Shown piece by piece: positions 8,249 through 18,030 of a stretch of DNA of 56,802 nucleotides. This DNA is from Terriglobales bacterium (GTDB taxonomy: Bacteria > Acidobacteriota > Terriglobia > Terriglobales > Acidobacteriaceae). The first letter of the stretch is position 1. The number at the start of each line of letters is the position of its first letter. The stretch is taken from the NCBI GenBank assembly GCA_050012915.1, contig JBEKGG010000001.1, forward strand, positions 1 through 56,802. The letters run 5' to 3'. The notes under the pieces were generated by a model. It ran no database searches and was not told where the DNA came from. It was given only the letters and a program-made list of their open reading frames with translations. The position numbers were made by a program, and so were the translations under genes.

Positions 8249-9727
8249 GTGACTATCAGTACGAATAACGTTCGCCCCATCGAGTTGACGGATGCCAAAC
8301 AAAAATCATCGGTTCCCGACGGCGATCAATCGCGCGTGGAAAGCGATTCGCTGGGAGAGGTGAGAGTTCGGGCTGACCGTTTGTGGGGCGCTCAAACTCA
8401 GCGCTCGCTTGAGCATTTCAGCATTGGCAAGGATCTTATTCCGCGCGAGATGATTTCGGCATACGCCATCCTGAAGAAGGCAGCGGTGAATGCAAACTAT
8501 GCAGGCGGGCGGCTCGACGAGCAGCGCCACAAGCTGATCGTTCAAGTCTGCGACGAAATCCTCGCCGATGGACATCAGGACATGTTTCCCCTGCACGTAT
8601 GGATGACGGGCAGCGGAACGCAATTCAATATGAATGTGAATGAGGTGATGTCCAACCGGTGTTGCCAACTCGCCGGAACACCACTCGGAAGTAAGACGCC
8701 AGTTCATCCGAATGATCACATCAACATGTCGCAGTCGTCGAACGATTCTTTTCCGACTGCGATGAACATCGCGGCGGCGGTCAATGTGACCCGGCGACTG
8801 ATACCGGCGGTGAAGGCCCTGCGCGACGCGATCTCCGCGAAGGTCGACGAGTGGAAGGATATTGTGAAGATCGGGCGTACCCACATGCAGGACGCCACGC
8901 CGATCACACTCGGCGAGGAATGGTCGGGTTACTCCGGCATGCTGAGTGACAATCTGGAGCGCATTGAGGATGCTTTAAAAGGCGTCTACCAGCTTGCGCT
9001 TGGCGGCACAGCGGTAGGAACCGGGATCAATGCGGCTCCTGGATTCGGCGAAGCGGCCGCTGCCGAAATTGCGAAACTCACCAATTTGCCTTTTGTCAGC
9101 GCACCGAACAAGTTCGCAGTGCAGGGCGCTCACGATGCGCTGGTACAGCTCTCCGGCACGCTGCGTACTCTGGCAGTGTCTCTTTACAAAATCGCAAACG
9201 ACATTCGGCTCATGTCATGCGGACCGCGCGCTGGTTTTGCGGAACTGGTGATCCCGGCCAACGAACCGGGGTCGTCGATCATGCCGGGCAAAGTGAATCC
9301 AACGCAGGCGGAGGCGCTGACTATGATCGCGGTGCAGGTGATGGCCAACGATGTCGCGGTCGGGTTCGGCGGCGCGGGCGGTTATCTGGAAATGAACGTT
9401 TATAAGCCGCTCATCATCTTCAACGTAACTCACTCCGTCACTATCATGACTGACGGATGCACTAACTTCCGTAAATTCCTGATCGAAGGAACGCAGCCGA
9501 ATGTGAAAAAGATTAAGGAATATGTGGACCGCTCTCTCATGTTAGTGACTGCACTGTCACCTGTTATCGGGTACGACAAATCGTCGAAGATTGCGCATTA
9601 CGCATTGGACAATGACCTCACGCTCAAGCAAGCCGCACTGAAGCTGGGATTTGTAACGGAAGAAGAGTTCGATCGCGTCGTCGATCCGGCGAAGATGGTC
9701 CATCCGTACGTGGCAAAGGCAAGCTGA
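8249..9727 (+). CDS. fumC: Class II fumarate hydratase
   Basis: [17 protein letters not shown] signature and the [14 protein letters not shown]-terminal block. GTG start preceded by GAAGGAG. About 25 aa N-terminal extension relative to typical FumC. Confidence 0.9.
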   Translation: MTISTNNVRPIELTDAKQKSSVPDGDQSRVESDSLGEVRVRADRLWGAQTQRSLEHFSIGKDLIPREMISAYAILKKAAVNANYAGGRLDEQRHKLIVQVCDEILADGHQDMFPLHVWMTGSGTQFNMNVNEVMSNRCCQLAGTPLGSKTPVHPNDHINMSQSSNDSFPTAMNIAAAVNVTRRLIPAVKALRDAISAKVDEWKDIVKIGRTHMQDATPITLGEEWSGYSGMLSDNLERIEDALKGVYQLALGGTAVGTGINAAPGFGEAAAAEIAKLTNLPFVSAPNKFAVQGAHDALVQLSGTLRTLAVSLYKIANDIRLMSCGPRAGFAELVIPANEPGSSIMPGKVNPTQAEALTMIAVQVMANDVAVGFGGAGGYLEMNVYKPLIIFNVTHSVTIMTDGCTNFRKFLIEGTQPNVKKIKEYVDRSLMLVTALSPVIGYDKSSKIAHYALDNDLTLKQAALKLGFVTEEEFDRVVDPAKMVHPYVAKAS

Positions 9728-9747
9728 ATAATCAACAGGAGAAATCT

Positions 9748-11286
9748 GTGACAACATCTATTCCTTCCGCGAACCATCCCGATGTCGTTCTTGTCGGCGC
9801 AGGCATCATGAGCGCCACGCTGGCAGTGATCCTGAAAGAACTTGATCCCAGCTTGAAAATTGAGATCTACGAAGTTTTGGGCAGCGAGGCGCAGGAAAGT
9901 TCAAATGCATGGAACAACGCCGGCACCGGTCATGCGGCTCTGTGTGAGTTGAACTACACTCCGCAGAAAAGTGACGGCAGCATCGACATTTCCAAGGCTT
10001 TGCAGGTGAATACTGAGTTCGATCTCTCCCGTCAACTCTGGTCCTATCTGGTAAAAAAGGGAGCGATCAAGGACCCTCAGTCTTTCATTCATCCCGTACC
10101 CCATTGCAGTTTTGTGCGCGGATCGGAGAATGTTGCTTTTCTCAAGAAGCGATTCCAGGCGCTCTCTGCTCATCCGCTTTATCACGGGATGGAATATTCC
10201 GATGACAAGAAGCAGATTGAGGCGTGGATTCCGCTGGTTATGGAAGGGCGTGATCCGAGCGAGGAAGTTGCGGCGACGAGAATGCGGACCGGTACCGATG
10301 TGGATTATGGCGCCCTGACACGGGATCTTTTTGATTCTCTAAAGGGCAGGGAAGGATTGTCAGTCCACTTTTTTACTCGCGTGCAGGATCTACGTCGTGA
10401 TGGGGATCTGTGGAGTGTGCAGGTCAGAGACGAAAAGACCGGAAGCGTGAGGGAGGTCCAAGCCAAATTCGTTTTCATCGGCGCAGGCGGCGGATCGCTG
10501 CCACTGTTGCAAAAATCCAAGATTCCCGAAGGGCATGGCTACGCCGGGTTCCCGGTGAGTGGTATCTGGCTTCGCTGCGACAATCCTGCAGTGGCGGCTC
10601 GCCATGATGCGAAAGTTTACGGCAAAGCGGCGACTGGATCACCTCCAATGTCCGTGCCTCATCTTGATCGGCGGCACATTGAGGGAAAAATTTCTTTGCT
10701 TTTCGGGCCTTATGCGGGCTTTTCGACGAAGTTTCTCAAGCATGGATCCTATCTCGATCTTTTCGGCTCCATCGATCCTGAAAACATTTTGCCGATGCTG
10801 GCCGTGGGCAGAGATAACTTCGCCCTCGAAAAATATCTGGTAGGTCAGGTTATCGAGTCCTCGAAAGAGCGGTTTGCCGCACTACGCGAGTTCTTTCCAC
10901 AAGCAAAGCGGACGGATTGGAAAGTTGAAGTGGCAGGACAGCGGGTGCAGATCATAAAAAAGGATTCAACCCACGGTGGCGTCCTGGAATTCGGCACGGA
11001 GCTCGTCACCGCAGCCGACGGTTCTATCGTAGCGATGCTGGGCGCCTCGCCCGGGGCTTCCACTTCGGTCTGGATCATGCTTCAAGTCATTGAGCGCTGC
11101 TTCGCGGACAAATTGAAGGCTGGGGGATGGTCGGTCAAATTGAAGCAAATTATCCCTTCGTATGGTGAATCTCTTGCCGAGAATGTGTCCCTGTGCCAGA
11201 AGGTGCGGGCAGATACAGCAGCCGTGCTGCGCATCAACAATATTGAAGACACATCAAGAGACACAGTGGAGGACACAGCCGCATGA
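9748..11286 (+). CDS. mqo: Malate:quinone oxidoreductase
   Basis: [23 protein letters not shown]...[23 protein letters not shown] is diagnostic for Mqo. About 510 aa. GTG start with a CAGGAG Shine-Dalgarno. Confidence 0.9.
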   Translation: MTTSIPSANHPDVVLVGAGIMSATLAVILKELDPSLKIEIYEVLGSEAQESSNAWNNAGTGHAALCELNYTPQKSDGSIDISKALQVNTEFDLSRQLWSYLVKKGAIKDPQSFIHPVPHCSFVRGSENVAFLKKRFQALSAHPLYHGMEYSDDKKQIEAWIPLVMEGRDPSEEVAATRMRTGTDVDYGALTRDLFDSLKGREGLSVHFFTRVQDLRRDGDLWSVQVRDEKTGSVREVQAKFVFIGAGGGSLPLLQKSKIPEGHGYAGFPVSGIWLRCDNPAVAARHDAKVYGKAATGSPPMSVPHLDRRHIEGKISLLFGPYAGFSTKFLKHGSYLDLFGSIDPENILPMLAVGRDNFALEKYLVGQVIESSKERFAALREFFPQAKRTDWKVEVAGQRVQIIKKDSTHGGVLEFGTELVTAADGSIVAMLGASPGASTSVWIMLQVIERCFADKLKAGGWSVKLKQIIPSYGESLAENVSLCQKVRADTAAVLRINNIEDTSRDTVEDTAA

Positions 11287-11645
11287 TCCGAGCTTATCGT
11301 CTGTACACAGGTCCCGACGGAAATTCGCACGTGGTGCGTGGCAGCGTAAGCGCGGGCGCGTTGGTCGAAGCGGAATCCATCTCGTTCAAGGAAACGGCGG
11401 CGCATTCTTCGTTTGACTGGCACAATGATCCCATCCCTCAATACGTCATTACACTGGCTGGTGTACTCGAATTTACGACGGTCGGCGGCGAGACATTCAC
11501 GATCCATCCGGGTGATGTCTTGCTGGCAGTGGATCACACCGGCTCCGGCCACAAGTGGCGTTTGATCAACGACGAGCCATGGAAGCGGGCTTACGTAGTC
11601 TTCAAAACAGGTGCTGATACCCGTTTCGTACCTGATCCCACATGA
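11283..11645 (+). CDS. Small cupin-fold protein
   Basis: 120 aa with a WHNDP...[14 protein letters not shown] pattern resembling a single cupin barrel. ATGA start/stop overlap with mqo. Confidence 0.55.
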   Translation: MIRAYRLYTGPDGNSHVVRGSVSAGALVEAESISFKETAAHSSFDWHNDPIPQYVITLAGVLEFTTVGGETFTIHPGDVLLAVDHTGSGHKWRLINDEPWKRAYVVFKTGADTRFVPDPT

Positions 11646-11680
11646 AGCTGCTTTATGGAACAGCAATGTGAGGATTCCAT

Positions 11681-12931
11681 ATGACCTTGGAGGAGCGAGC
11701 CGACCTTGTCCTGGCGGCTGCCCGAATTTTATTCGTCAACGGTCAATCTACAGATCAGACGTTGGTCTGGGCCAAGCGTTTCGGGCGTTCTCTTGGGCTA
11801 CGCGCTGAGATCATTCCCCGGTGGGGAGAGCTGCAACTTGTGGCCGAGGACGGTAACGCCAGACTGCTCTCGGTAGTGGCGGCTGATCCCACGGGCGTGG
11901 CCATGAGTCGCGTGGCTTCCACCATACGCGTGATTGAGGATGTCGGCGATGGTCGACTTGCGCCGGCGGCTGCAAAGGATGCGATCAGTGCGAGCGCACG
12001 AGCGCCGTTGGCGCCAACCTGGTTGTTCACGCTCGCAGCGGCGGCGGGTGCCGCAGCGTTAGCGGTAATTTTCGGTGTCCGACACCTGGTTGCTGCGGCT
12101 CTAATATTCGTGAGCGCAGCCGTGGGCGCCATTCTTCGCCGCAGGCTTGCGCGTTATAGCGCGAACGTCTTCCTGCAGCCGTTCGGGGCGGCCTTGCTGG
12201 CCGGCATCATCGGGGCGCTGGCGGTACGCTACCAATTGAGTTCGTCGCTGCGCCTGGTCGCAGTTTGCCCATGCATGGTGCTGGTGCCTGGACCGCCAGT
12301 CCTCAATGGCGCGATGGATCTCATCAACGGCCGCGTCACTCTCGGAACGGCCCGCATAATCTATGCGGGACTCGTCGTGGTGGCGATCTCGACCGGACTG
12401 CTGATTGGACTTTCTATTCTTGGCGTTTCCCTACCAGTAGATCAAGCCGGCAGAGCCGTGCCTCTTTGGTTCGACGTGATCGCCGCGGGCATCGCTGTTT
12501 TCGCCTATAGCGTTTTCTTTTCTACGCCGCTGCACATGCTGGCCTGGCCGGTGGCGGTCGGTATGCTGGCCCACGCTCTGAGGTGGTGGCTGCTTGTTGG
12601 GCTCGGCTCTAGCACGGCGATCGGCGCATTAGTTGCCTGTCTCGTCGTCGGGCTGATCCTCACTCCAGTCGCGCGGCGTTGGCACATGCCGTTCGCCGCC
12701 ATTGGCTTCGCTTCCGTAGTTTCGATGATTCCGGGCGTCTTCCTGTTTAGAATGGCGAGCGGCCTTGTGCAACTTGTCGACGGGAAGCATGTGACAACGG
12801 AACTCTTAAGCGCGACACTCGCCGACGGCATGACCGCCATCACTATCATTTTAGCCATGAGCTTAGGCCTCATCGTTCCCAAGATGATTATTGATTGGCT
12901 CAGCGACAAATCGATGCAGGCCAGTCGTTGA
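11681..12931 (+). CDS. Threonine/serine exporter (ThrE) family membrane protein, fused two-domain form
   Basis: The N-terminal region ([20 protein letters not shown]) resembles the ThrE/YjjP domain. It is followed by about 10 hydrophobic helices, including a YjjB-like C-terminal part. Confidence 0.7.
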   Translation: MTLEERADLVLAAARILFVNGQSTDQTLVWAKRFGRSLGLRAEIIPRWGELQLVAEDGNARLLSVVAADPTGVAMSRVASTIRVIEDVGDGRLAPAAAKDAISASARAPLAPTWLFTLAAAAGAAALAVIFGVRHLVAAALIFVSAAVGAILRRRLARYSANVFLQPFGAALLAGIIGALAVRYQLSSSLRLVAVCPCMVLVPGPPVLNGAMDLINGRVTLGTARIIYAGLVVVAISTGLLIGLSILGVSLPVDQAGRAVPLWFDVIAAGIAVFAYSVFFSTPLHMLAWPVAVGMLAHALRWWLLVGLGSSTAIGALVACLVVGLILTPVARRWHMPFAAIGFASVVSMIPGVFLFRMASGLVQLVDGKHVTTELLSATLADGMTAITIILAMSLGLIVPKMIIDWLSDKSMQASR

Positions 12932-12944
12932 GCGGCGAGGGAAG

Positions 12945-14348
12945 ATGCCGACGTTCATTTCAGATTTCCGAGAGAGACACTCCTGGAACGCGCCATCGGA
13001 GGATGGATCGGCGCAGCTGCGATTAGGAAAGCGGCCTTCGACTCAGTTTATGCGTAGTCGACGGATGGGACTTCCAATTCTCTTGTGGTGCGGTCTTCTT
13101 CTTTGGGCATCTTCAGCCCATCCTCAGACGACGCAACAGGAGCCGATTCCCGGCCCGGATAGCCACGAAACGGGTCAGGGTCCGCACGGCCATCTCTTCG
13201 GAGAATGGGGAGGTGAGCGAACTCGCTTGGAAGAGCGTGGGGTGAAATTCGATTTTCAATACGTCAGCGACTCGCTCGCCAACATCAAGAGCGTGCAACC
13301 GGAGCGATTTTCGAGTTGGAATCGCTTTCGGGGAACGGTCGACATCGACCTGGGTAAGTTGATCGGTGAGCAGGGATTGTATTTTCATGCGACAGCGCTG
13401 TGGCAGGGCGGCGGAAATCTGGGAGCGTATCTTGGACTCCTGACCAGCCCCAGCGGCATGTCCAGCGCGAATACCTGTCGCCTCGATTCCTGGTGGATCG
13501 AGAAGCGGTGGCTGGATGAACGCCTTATTGCACGCGCGGGTCAGTTTGCAGAGCAGGATTTCTACGGAGCCCAACACTACGCGGCGTCTTTCGTTTTCGA
13601 GCCCATGGGCTATGCGCTGGGTAATCTCTTTACGACCCTCGAGTCCTTCGATCCTCCTTCGACGCCGGCTGCGGAAATCCGCGTCGCCCCGATCCACAAC
13701 CTCTATGTGAAATCGATGGTGGCGGCTGCCGTCCGCTCACCTTTTTCACAAAACCCAACCGGCCTGGTGCCGGCGTTCAATGGAACTCCAGTGAGCGTTT
13801 CGGAAATTGGGTTTACTCCGGGCAGGAAGGCGTCTTCCATGCGGGCCTTCGATAACGTCGAAGGCCGCAAGGGATACTCCGGCCTCTATCAGTTCGGCGC
13901 CTCCTACAACCCCGTAAAGTTTACGTCGCCGACTAGTTTGACACCGCGTTCTGGCAACTACCTTCTGTACTGGATGGCGAGCCAGACCCTATGGCGCGTG
14001 GACCCGAAAGAAGCAAAAGGTTTGGATGCGACGTTCGCGTACGACTGGAGTCCGCCTAATGTCAACCGCAACGACCGGCTGCTGACAGCGGGAGTGAGAT
14101 TCAACGAGCCGCTGCCTTTGCCCATTCACAACACCATGTCGCTGGGTTACGTGGCGAACAGTTTGAGCTCGCAGTTCCGCCCGCCTGGCGCACCTGCTTG
14201 GAAAACGGAGCAGGGCGTTGAGTTCAATACGCTGCTCGACCCATTGCCAATGCTCCTGCTGCAGCCCGTGATCCAGTACTACGCGAATGTAGGAGGGGGC
14301 GTGCAGCGCGCGGTTGTTGTCGGATTCAGAACCAAGGTGGAATTCTAG
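12945..14348 (+). CDS. OprB-family carbohydrate-selective porin
   Basis: GEWGGERTRLEERGVKFDFQYVSD block and an alternating beta-strand pattern ending in a terminal F. The start is uncertain: ATG at 12945 with GAGGGA upstream, or ATG at 13050 directly before the signal peptide MRSRRMGLPILLWCGLLLWASSAHPQ. Confidence 0.7.
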   Translation: MPTFISDFRERHSWNAPSEDGSAQLRLGKRPSTQFMRSRRMGLPILLWCGLLLWASSAHPQTTQQEPIPGPDSHETGQGPHGHLFGEWGGERTRLEERGVKFDFQYVSDSLANIKSVQPERFSSWNRFRGTVDIDLGKLIGEQGLYFHATALWQGGGNLGAYLGLLTSPSGMSSANTCRLDSWWIEKRWLDERLIARAGQFAEQDFYGAQHYAASFVFEPMGYALGNLFTTLESFDPPSTPAAEIRVAPIHNLYVKSMVAAAVRSPFSQNPTGLVPAFNGTPVSVSEIGFTPGRKASSMRAFDNVEGRKGYSGLYQFGASYNPVKFTSPTSLTPRSGNYLLYWMASQTLWRVDPKEAKGLDATFAYDWSPPNVNRNDRLLTAGVRFNEPLPLPIHNTMSLGYVANSLSSQFRPPGAPAWKTEQGVEFNTLLDPLPMLLLQPVIQYYANVGGGVQRAVVVGFRTKVEF

Positions 14349-14430
14349 GCAGTGGTTTAGAGGAGATTTTTTATGAACATCGGCGGATTATTCGGAGCGC
14401 TGACTCCCGTTCCGGAAGAGGTCTTCCTCA

Positions 14431-15171
14431 ATGAACGGTGACGTTAGCATTGGTCGGGAACCCGGTCAAAACGGACCAGCGGCAAAGGGATTTGCGCCAC
14501 CCTATATTATTCGGCAGGCCGATATCTGGCACTCCTTGGGGCTCGCCTTTATTGGCGGGTATAGCGATGCGGCCGGTTTCGTGCTCACGAAGACGTTTAC
14601 CGGGGCCGTAACCGGCAATCTGGTTCTTTGTGCCATCGCTGTAGCCACGCGCGATTGGCGGGTGGCCCTCAGGCATCTTTCGGCCATTGCCGCTTTCCTG
14701 ATTGGGGTTTTCTTGAGCGTGCTTATCGCTGGCCGCCTCAAGGCTCGGCCATCGTGGCCGTTGCTTCCTATCATCATGGGAATAGAAGTGACCCTCATTG
14801 CGGCTGCTTCTAGGGCATTGGCGTCAGATGTAGTGCACGGAGTTGAAATATTTCTGATCTTTGTATCGTTCGCGCTCGGACTGCAAAACGGAGCATTTCG
14901 TCGTGTTGGCGGCATCAGCGTTCACACCACATTTCTCACCGGGATGATTACAAGTCTGATCTCTGAGGAAGCCGAAAAACATAGTTCAGAAGTGGATCCT
15001 GGGTCCGTAAGAGTTCCCGATCCAAAAATAGAACTCCTTTGCGCAATCTGGATCGCCTTTATCTTGGGGGCTGGGACAGGAGCTGCGATGGTCCTTCAAT
15101 TTGGCGCGCTCGGAATGCTCGGAGCCGCGCTGCTTTTGGTCCTACTACTGTTGCGAGAGTTGCGGTTTTGA
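14431..15171 (+). CDS. YoaK/DUF1275-family membrane protein
   Basis: The GGYSDAAGFVLTKTFTGAVTGNLV motif and the 6-TM layout are typical of DUF1275. The exact start is uncertain. Confidence 0.7.
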   Translation: MNGDVSIGREPGQNGPAAKGFAPPYIIRQADIWHSLGLAFIGGYSDAAGFVLTKTFTGAVTGNLVLCAIAVATRDWRVALRHLSAIAAFLIGVFLSVLIAGRLKARPSWPLLPIIMGIEVTLIAAASRALASDVVHGVEIFLIFVSFALGLQNGAFRRVGGISVHTTFLTGMITSLISEEAEKHSSEVDPGSVRVPDPKIELLCAIWIAFILGAGTGAAMVLQFGALGMLGAALLLVLLLLRELRF

Positions 15172-15304
15172 CGAAGGCGCAACAGGACGATTGGCCGAAG
15201 TCCGGGCGTCTCCCAGCGGTCCACCGGCCTATGCGCATCAGGCGCGAATCGATTCGCTAAGAGCGGACTCTTCGCAACCTACTCGGACAATCGAAACGTT
15301 GGTT

Positions 15305-16414
15305 TCAGGCCGCCGTAAGCTCTTGACCTCTTGGGACAGGCCGGGAAATCCCAAGCCTCTGCATCTTGTGGAATAGCGTGGTGCGCTTCAATCCGAGTTT
15401 TGCGCTAGCCCCGTTCGGCCCTCCGATTACCCAACCAACAGACTCGAGCGTGCGCAGAATCAGAGCGCGCTCGGAGTCCCTCAGCGTCGTTGCAGGGTTA
15501 ATGGTGGCAGAAAAAGCGGCAGGCGAACCGACGGTGATACGCTGAGGCCTCTCCAGGGGCAACGGATTGGAAAGCACGCCTCCATCCGAAAGAATGATGG
15601 CGCGTTCGATGAGGTTCTGAAGTTCGCGGATATTTCCCGGCCAGTGGTAGGCCTGAAGTGCGGCCATCGCTTCCGAAGGAATTTCTTCGATCGGCTTCCC
15701 CATCCGGCGGCCAAATACCTCGACAAAATGCATTACCAGATCCGGAATATCTTCGCGGCGCTCCCGCAGCGGCGGTAGTTCGATGGGGAACACGCCAAGC
15801 CGATAGAAGAGATCGGCGCGGAATTCACGCCGGTTGATCATGTCACCTAAATTCCGATGCGTGGCACAGACGATGCGTACATCGCTGTGAATTGTGGCCG
15901 TACCACCCAGACGCTCGAACTCTTTCTCCTGCATGACGCGAAGAAGCTTGGGCTGCAATTCCAGGGGAAGGTCGCCGATTTCGTCCAGGAACAAGGTACC
16001 GCGGTTCGCTCGCTCGAACCGTCCAATACCGCGCGCGATCGCGCCAGTGAAAGCGCCGCGCTCGTGACCGAAGAGTTCGCTTTCAAGCAAGCCCGCGGGA
16101 ATGGCGGCGCAGTTCACTTTCACAAACGGGCCCTTCGACCGGCGGCTGGACTTGTGAATGGCTTCCGCAATCAGTTCCTTGCCTGTTCCGGTTTCCCCAT
16201 TGATCACGACTGTGGCATCGGTCGGGGCCACGACCTTCACCATGTCGAGGGCATCGCGTAGCCCCTGGCTGGTGCCGACAATCCGCGGCAGGCTTGTATC
16301 CAATGGTTCGCCGTCGCTCGGGGCAGGGTCGAGGAGGCGGGGGCGACTTCCCCAACTGGTTGGTACCGGAATGCTCTGCCGGTCCATGGATATGGTCGGT
16401 GCGTATGCGCTCAT
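15305..16414 (-). CDS. Sigma-54-dependent transcriptional activator without N-terminal sensor/receiver domain
   Basis: AAA+ core with GETGTGKE (Walker A), [15 protein letters not shown] (GAFTGA loop) and LFLDEIGD (Walker B), plus a C-terminal Fis-type HTH ([18 protein letters not shown]). I prefer the ATG at 16414 with GGAAGGAG upstream. Only about 60 aa precede the AAA+ core. Confidence 0.9.
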   Translation of the reverse strand: MSAYAPTISMDRQSIPVPTSWGSRPRLLDPAPSDGEPLDTSLPRIVGTSQGLRDALDMVKVVAPTDATVVINGETGTGKELIAEAIHKSSRRSKGPFVKVNCAAIPAGLLESELFGHERGAFTGAIARGIGRFERANRGTLFLDEIGDLPLELQPKLLRVMQEKEFERLGGTATIHSDVRIVCATHRNLGDMINRREFRADLFYRLGVFPIELPPLRERREDIPDLVMHFVEVFGRRMGKPIEEIPSEAMAALQAYHWPGNIRELQNLIERAIILSDGGVLSNPLPLERPQRITVGSPAAFSATINPATTLRDSERALILRTLESVGWVIGGPNGASAKLGLKRTTLFHKMQRLGISRPVPRGQELTAA

Positions 16415-17100
16415 TGTCTGTGACTCCTTCCGATTGTGTAGCCGAACTTTAGAACAGCACGGCGAGCGGGACAACCCCAGATGGAAGTGTTCTTCACCCA
16501 CCATATGGAGATAGAGGGCGATACCACTTTCGAGGAAGTTGAAAATAACCCAGAGGCGTAGGACGCGATGCACCGCTATCGGTTTGAATGCCTTCGGTTG
16601 GTAACGTGATTGCTCTTAAGAGAGCGCAAGACGTGCAATGCGTGCAGAAAGAAAGCGTCGCCGGTCGGCGAGAGGAGGAGACAGAAATGGACAGCGATTA
16701 CATATTTCTTTGCGGAGTGATGTGGTGCAAGTCGGAGTGCAGGATACTGGCAAGGAACTACTGAGGGCAGCGCGGTCCATGGGGCCCGATTTGAGCGCCC
16801 TGGCCTGGGCGATGTTGGCCAAGGGAACGCGTCACTTGCGAGAGTTGGAGAAAAAAACAGGAAGAGCGCTCTGTGGATGAGACCGACCGAGCGGGAAAAA
16901 CGACGAAACTGTATGTTCCCTTGTCTGATGAGTGTCAGACGCCCCTCACTTAAAGTCACAGGCCTGTCAAAACGCTGACGTTGCGTCAACCGCAGGCCGC
17001 CGTTTCCGCCTCGTGACCCCTATCTCAATCGTTTATTGTCTTCGCTGACTGATAGTACGTGCCTAAATCAGCAGGTAGCGATTGGAAAATGACGTGCATG

Positions 17101-17120
17101 CTCCTCCTTTAGAAGAGGAG
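17101..17120 (+). promoter_or_regulatory. Anti-Shine-Dalgarno hairpin at the ECF sigma factor start
   Basis: CTCCTC (17101-17106) can pair with GAGGAG (17115-17120), which is the Shine-Dalgarno sequence 2 nt upstream of the ATG at 17123. Confidence 0.25.
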
Positions 17121-17122
17121 GC

Positions 17123-17737
17123 ATGGACGAAATGCAAGCGACTTCGGAATTGTTGAGGAATGAACAGGACCAAAAGATCAGAATACCTGAAACAAGAGCG
17201 CGGGAACTGGAAGACGTTCTGTCGCGTCGCCTACCGACGTTATACAAAAGTGCTTATCGATTTCTGGGCAATGCAGCCGACGCGGAGGATGCGGTTCAGG
17301 ACGCTCTCTTGTCGGCTTACAAACACTTAGACCAATTCCGAGGGCAGGCGCAGATGTCGACGTGGTTAACCGCCATTGTCACGAACTGTGCGCGGATGCA
17401 ATTGCGCAGGCGTCCACGCCTTTCCAACTTGTCGCTGGATGAGCGATTTGGAGAGCAGCAGGAATATGCTCTGTCGGAAATATTGGCGGATCGGGGCCCG
17501 AGTCCCGAAGATGAGTGCCACACGTCCGAACTGCGAGGACGCCTCCTGCGATTCGCGGAACAGCTCTCGCCCCGCCTGCGCAGGACATTCCAGTTGCGTG
17601 ACTTGGATGGTCTGAGCATAAACGAAGCAGCGCACATTCTGGGATTGCCACACGGAACGGTGAAGGCCCAGCTGGCGCGGGCGCGCGCAAAGCTCAGGAG
17701 GCTCATGGGAAGGCGCTCGATGCGAACCGCAACTTAG
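17123..17737 (+). CDS. ECF-type RNA polymerase sigma-70 family factor
   Basis: Region 2 (DAEDAVQDALLSAYKHLDQFRG...STWLTAIVTNCA) and region 4 (LSINEAAHILGLPHGTVKAQLARARAKLR) are present. Confidence 0.9.
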   Translation: MDEMQATSELLRNEQDQKIRIPETRARELEDVLSRRLPTLYKSAYRFLGNAADAEDAVQDALLSAYKHLDQFRGQAQMSTWLTAIVTNCARMQLRRRPRLSNLSLDERFGEQQEYALSEILADRGPSPEDECHTSELRGRLLRFAEQLSPRLRRTFQLRDLDGLSINEAAHILGLPHGTVKAQLARARAKLRRLMGRRSMRTAT

Positions 17738-18030
17738 GCGGCCGGAATTCCCGAGGCATGGGAAATGTTGGGAGGAGCGATAAAAATAGGTTCCGGTTGC
17801 CGCAACTTGAAATCACAGAAATAGCGAAAGGAAACGAAGACCACGATAGCTTAGGTGGGAGCCTACCGCATTATTCTGCCATGAATCAAAGGAGCAGGTG
17901 CAAGTTTCCTGCACCCTCAGCTTCGGTTCCGGAATCACACTCATTGGTGAGGGCATAAGACTGCGTAGGCCCGCCTGTCTAAAAACGCCTGCGGAAGAAC
18001 TAAACTGGTATCAGACGAAAGGATTTTTTG

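Noticed and set aside
14373-14441. 22-codon ORF (MNIGGLFGALTPVPEEVFLNER) with GAGGAG upstream, overlapping the annotated YoaK-family start
   Set aside because: It could be a leader peptide, but it is too short to evaluate without conservation or translation data. It may only indicate that the true YoaK start lies further downstream.
15244-15257. Perfect 14-bp palindrome GCGAATCGATTCGC between the convergent YoaK-family and activator genes
   Set aside because: As an RNA hairpin it would form only a 5-bp stem, and no T-tract follows on either strand. That is not enough to call a terminator or an operator.
17758-17958. 66-aa ORF downstream of the ECF sigma gene, considered as a possible anti-sigma factor
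   Set aside because: It has no transmembrane segment and no HxxxCxxC zinc motif. There is no translational coupling to the sigma gene, and the composition is not protein-like.
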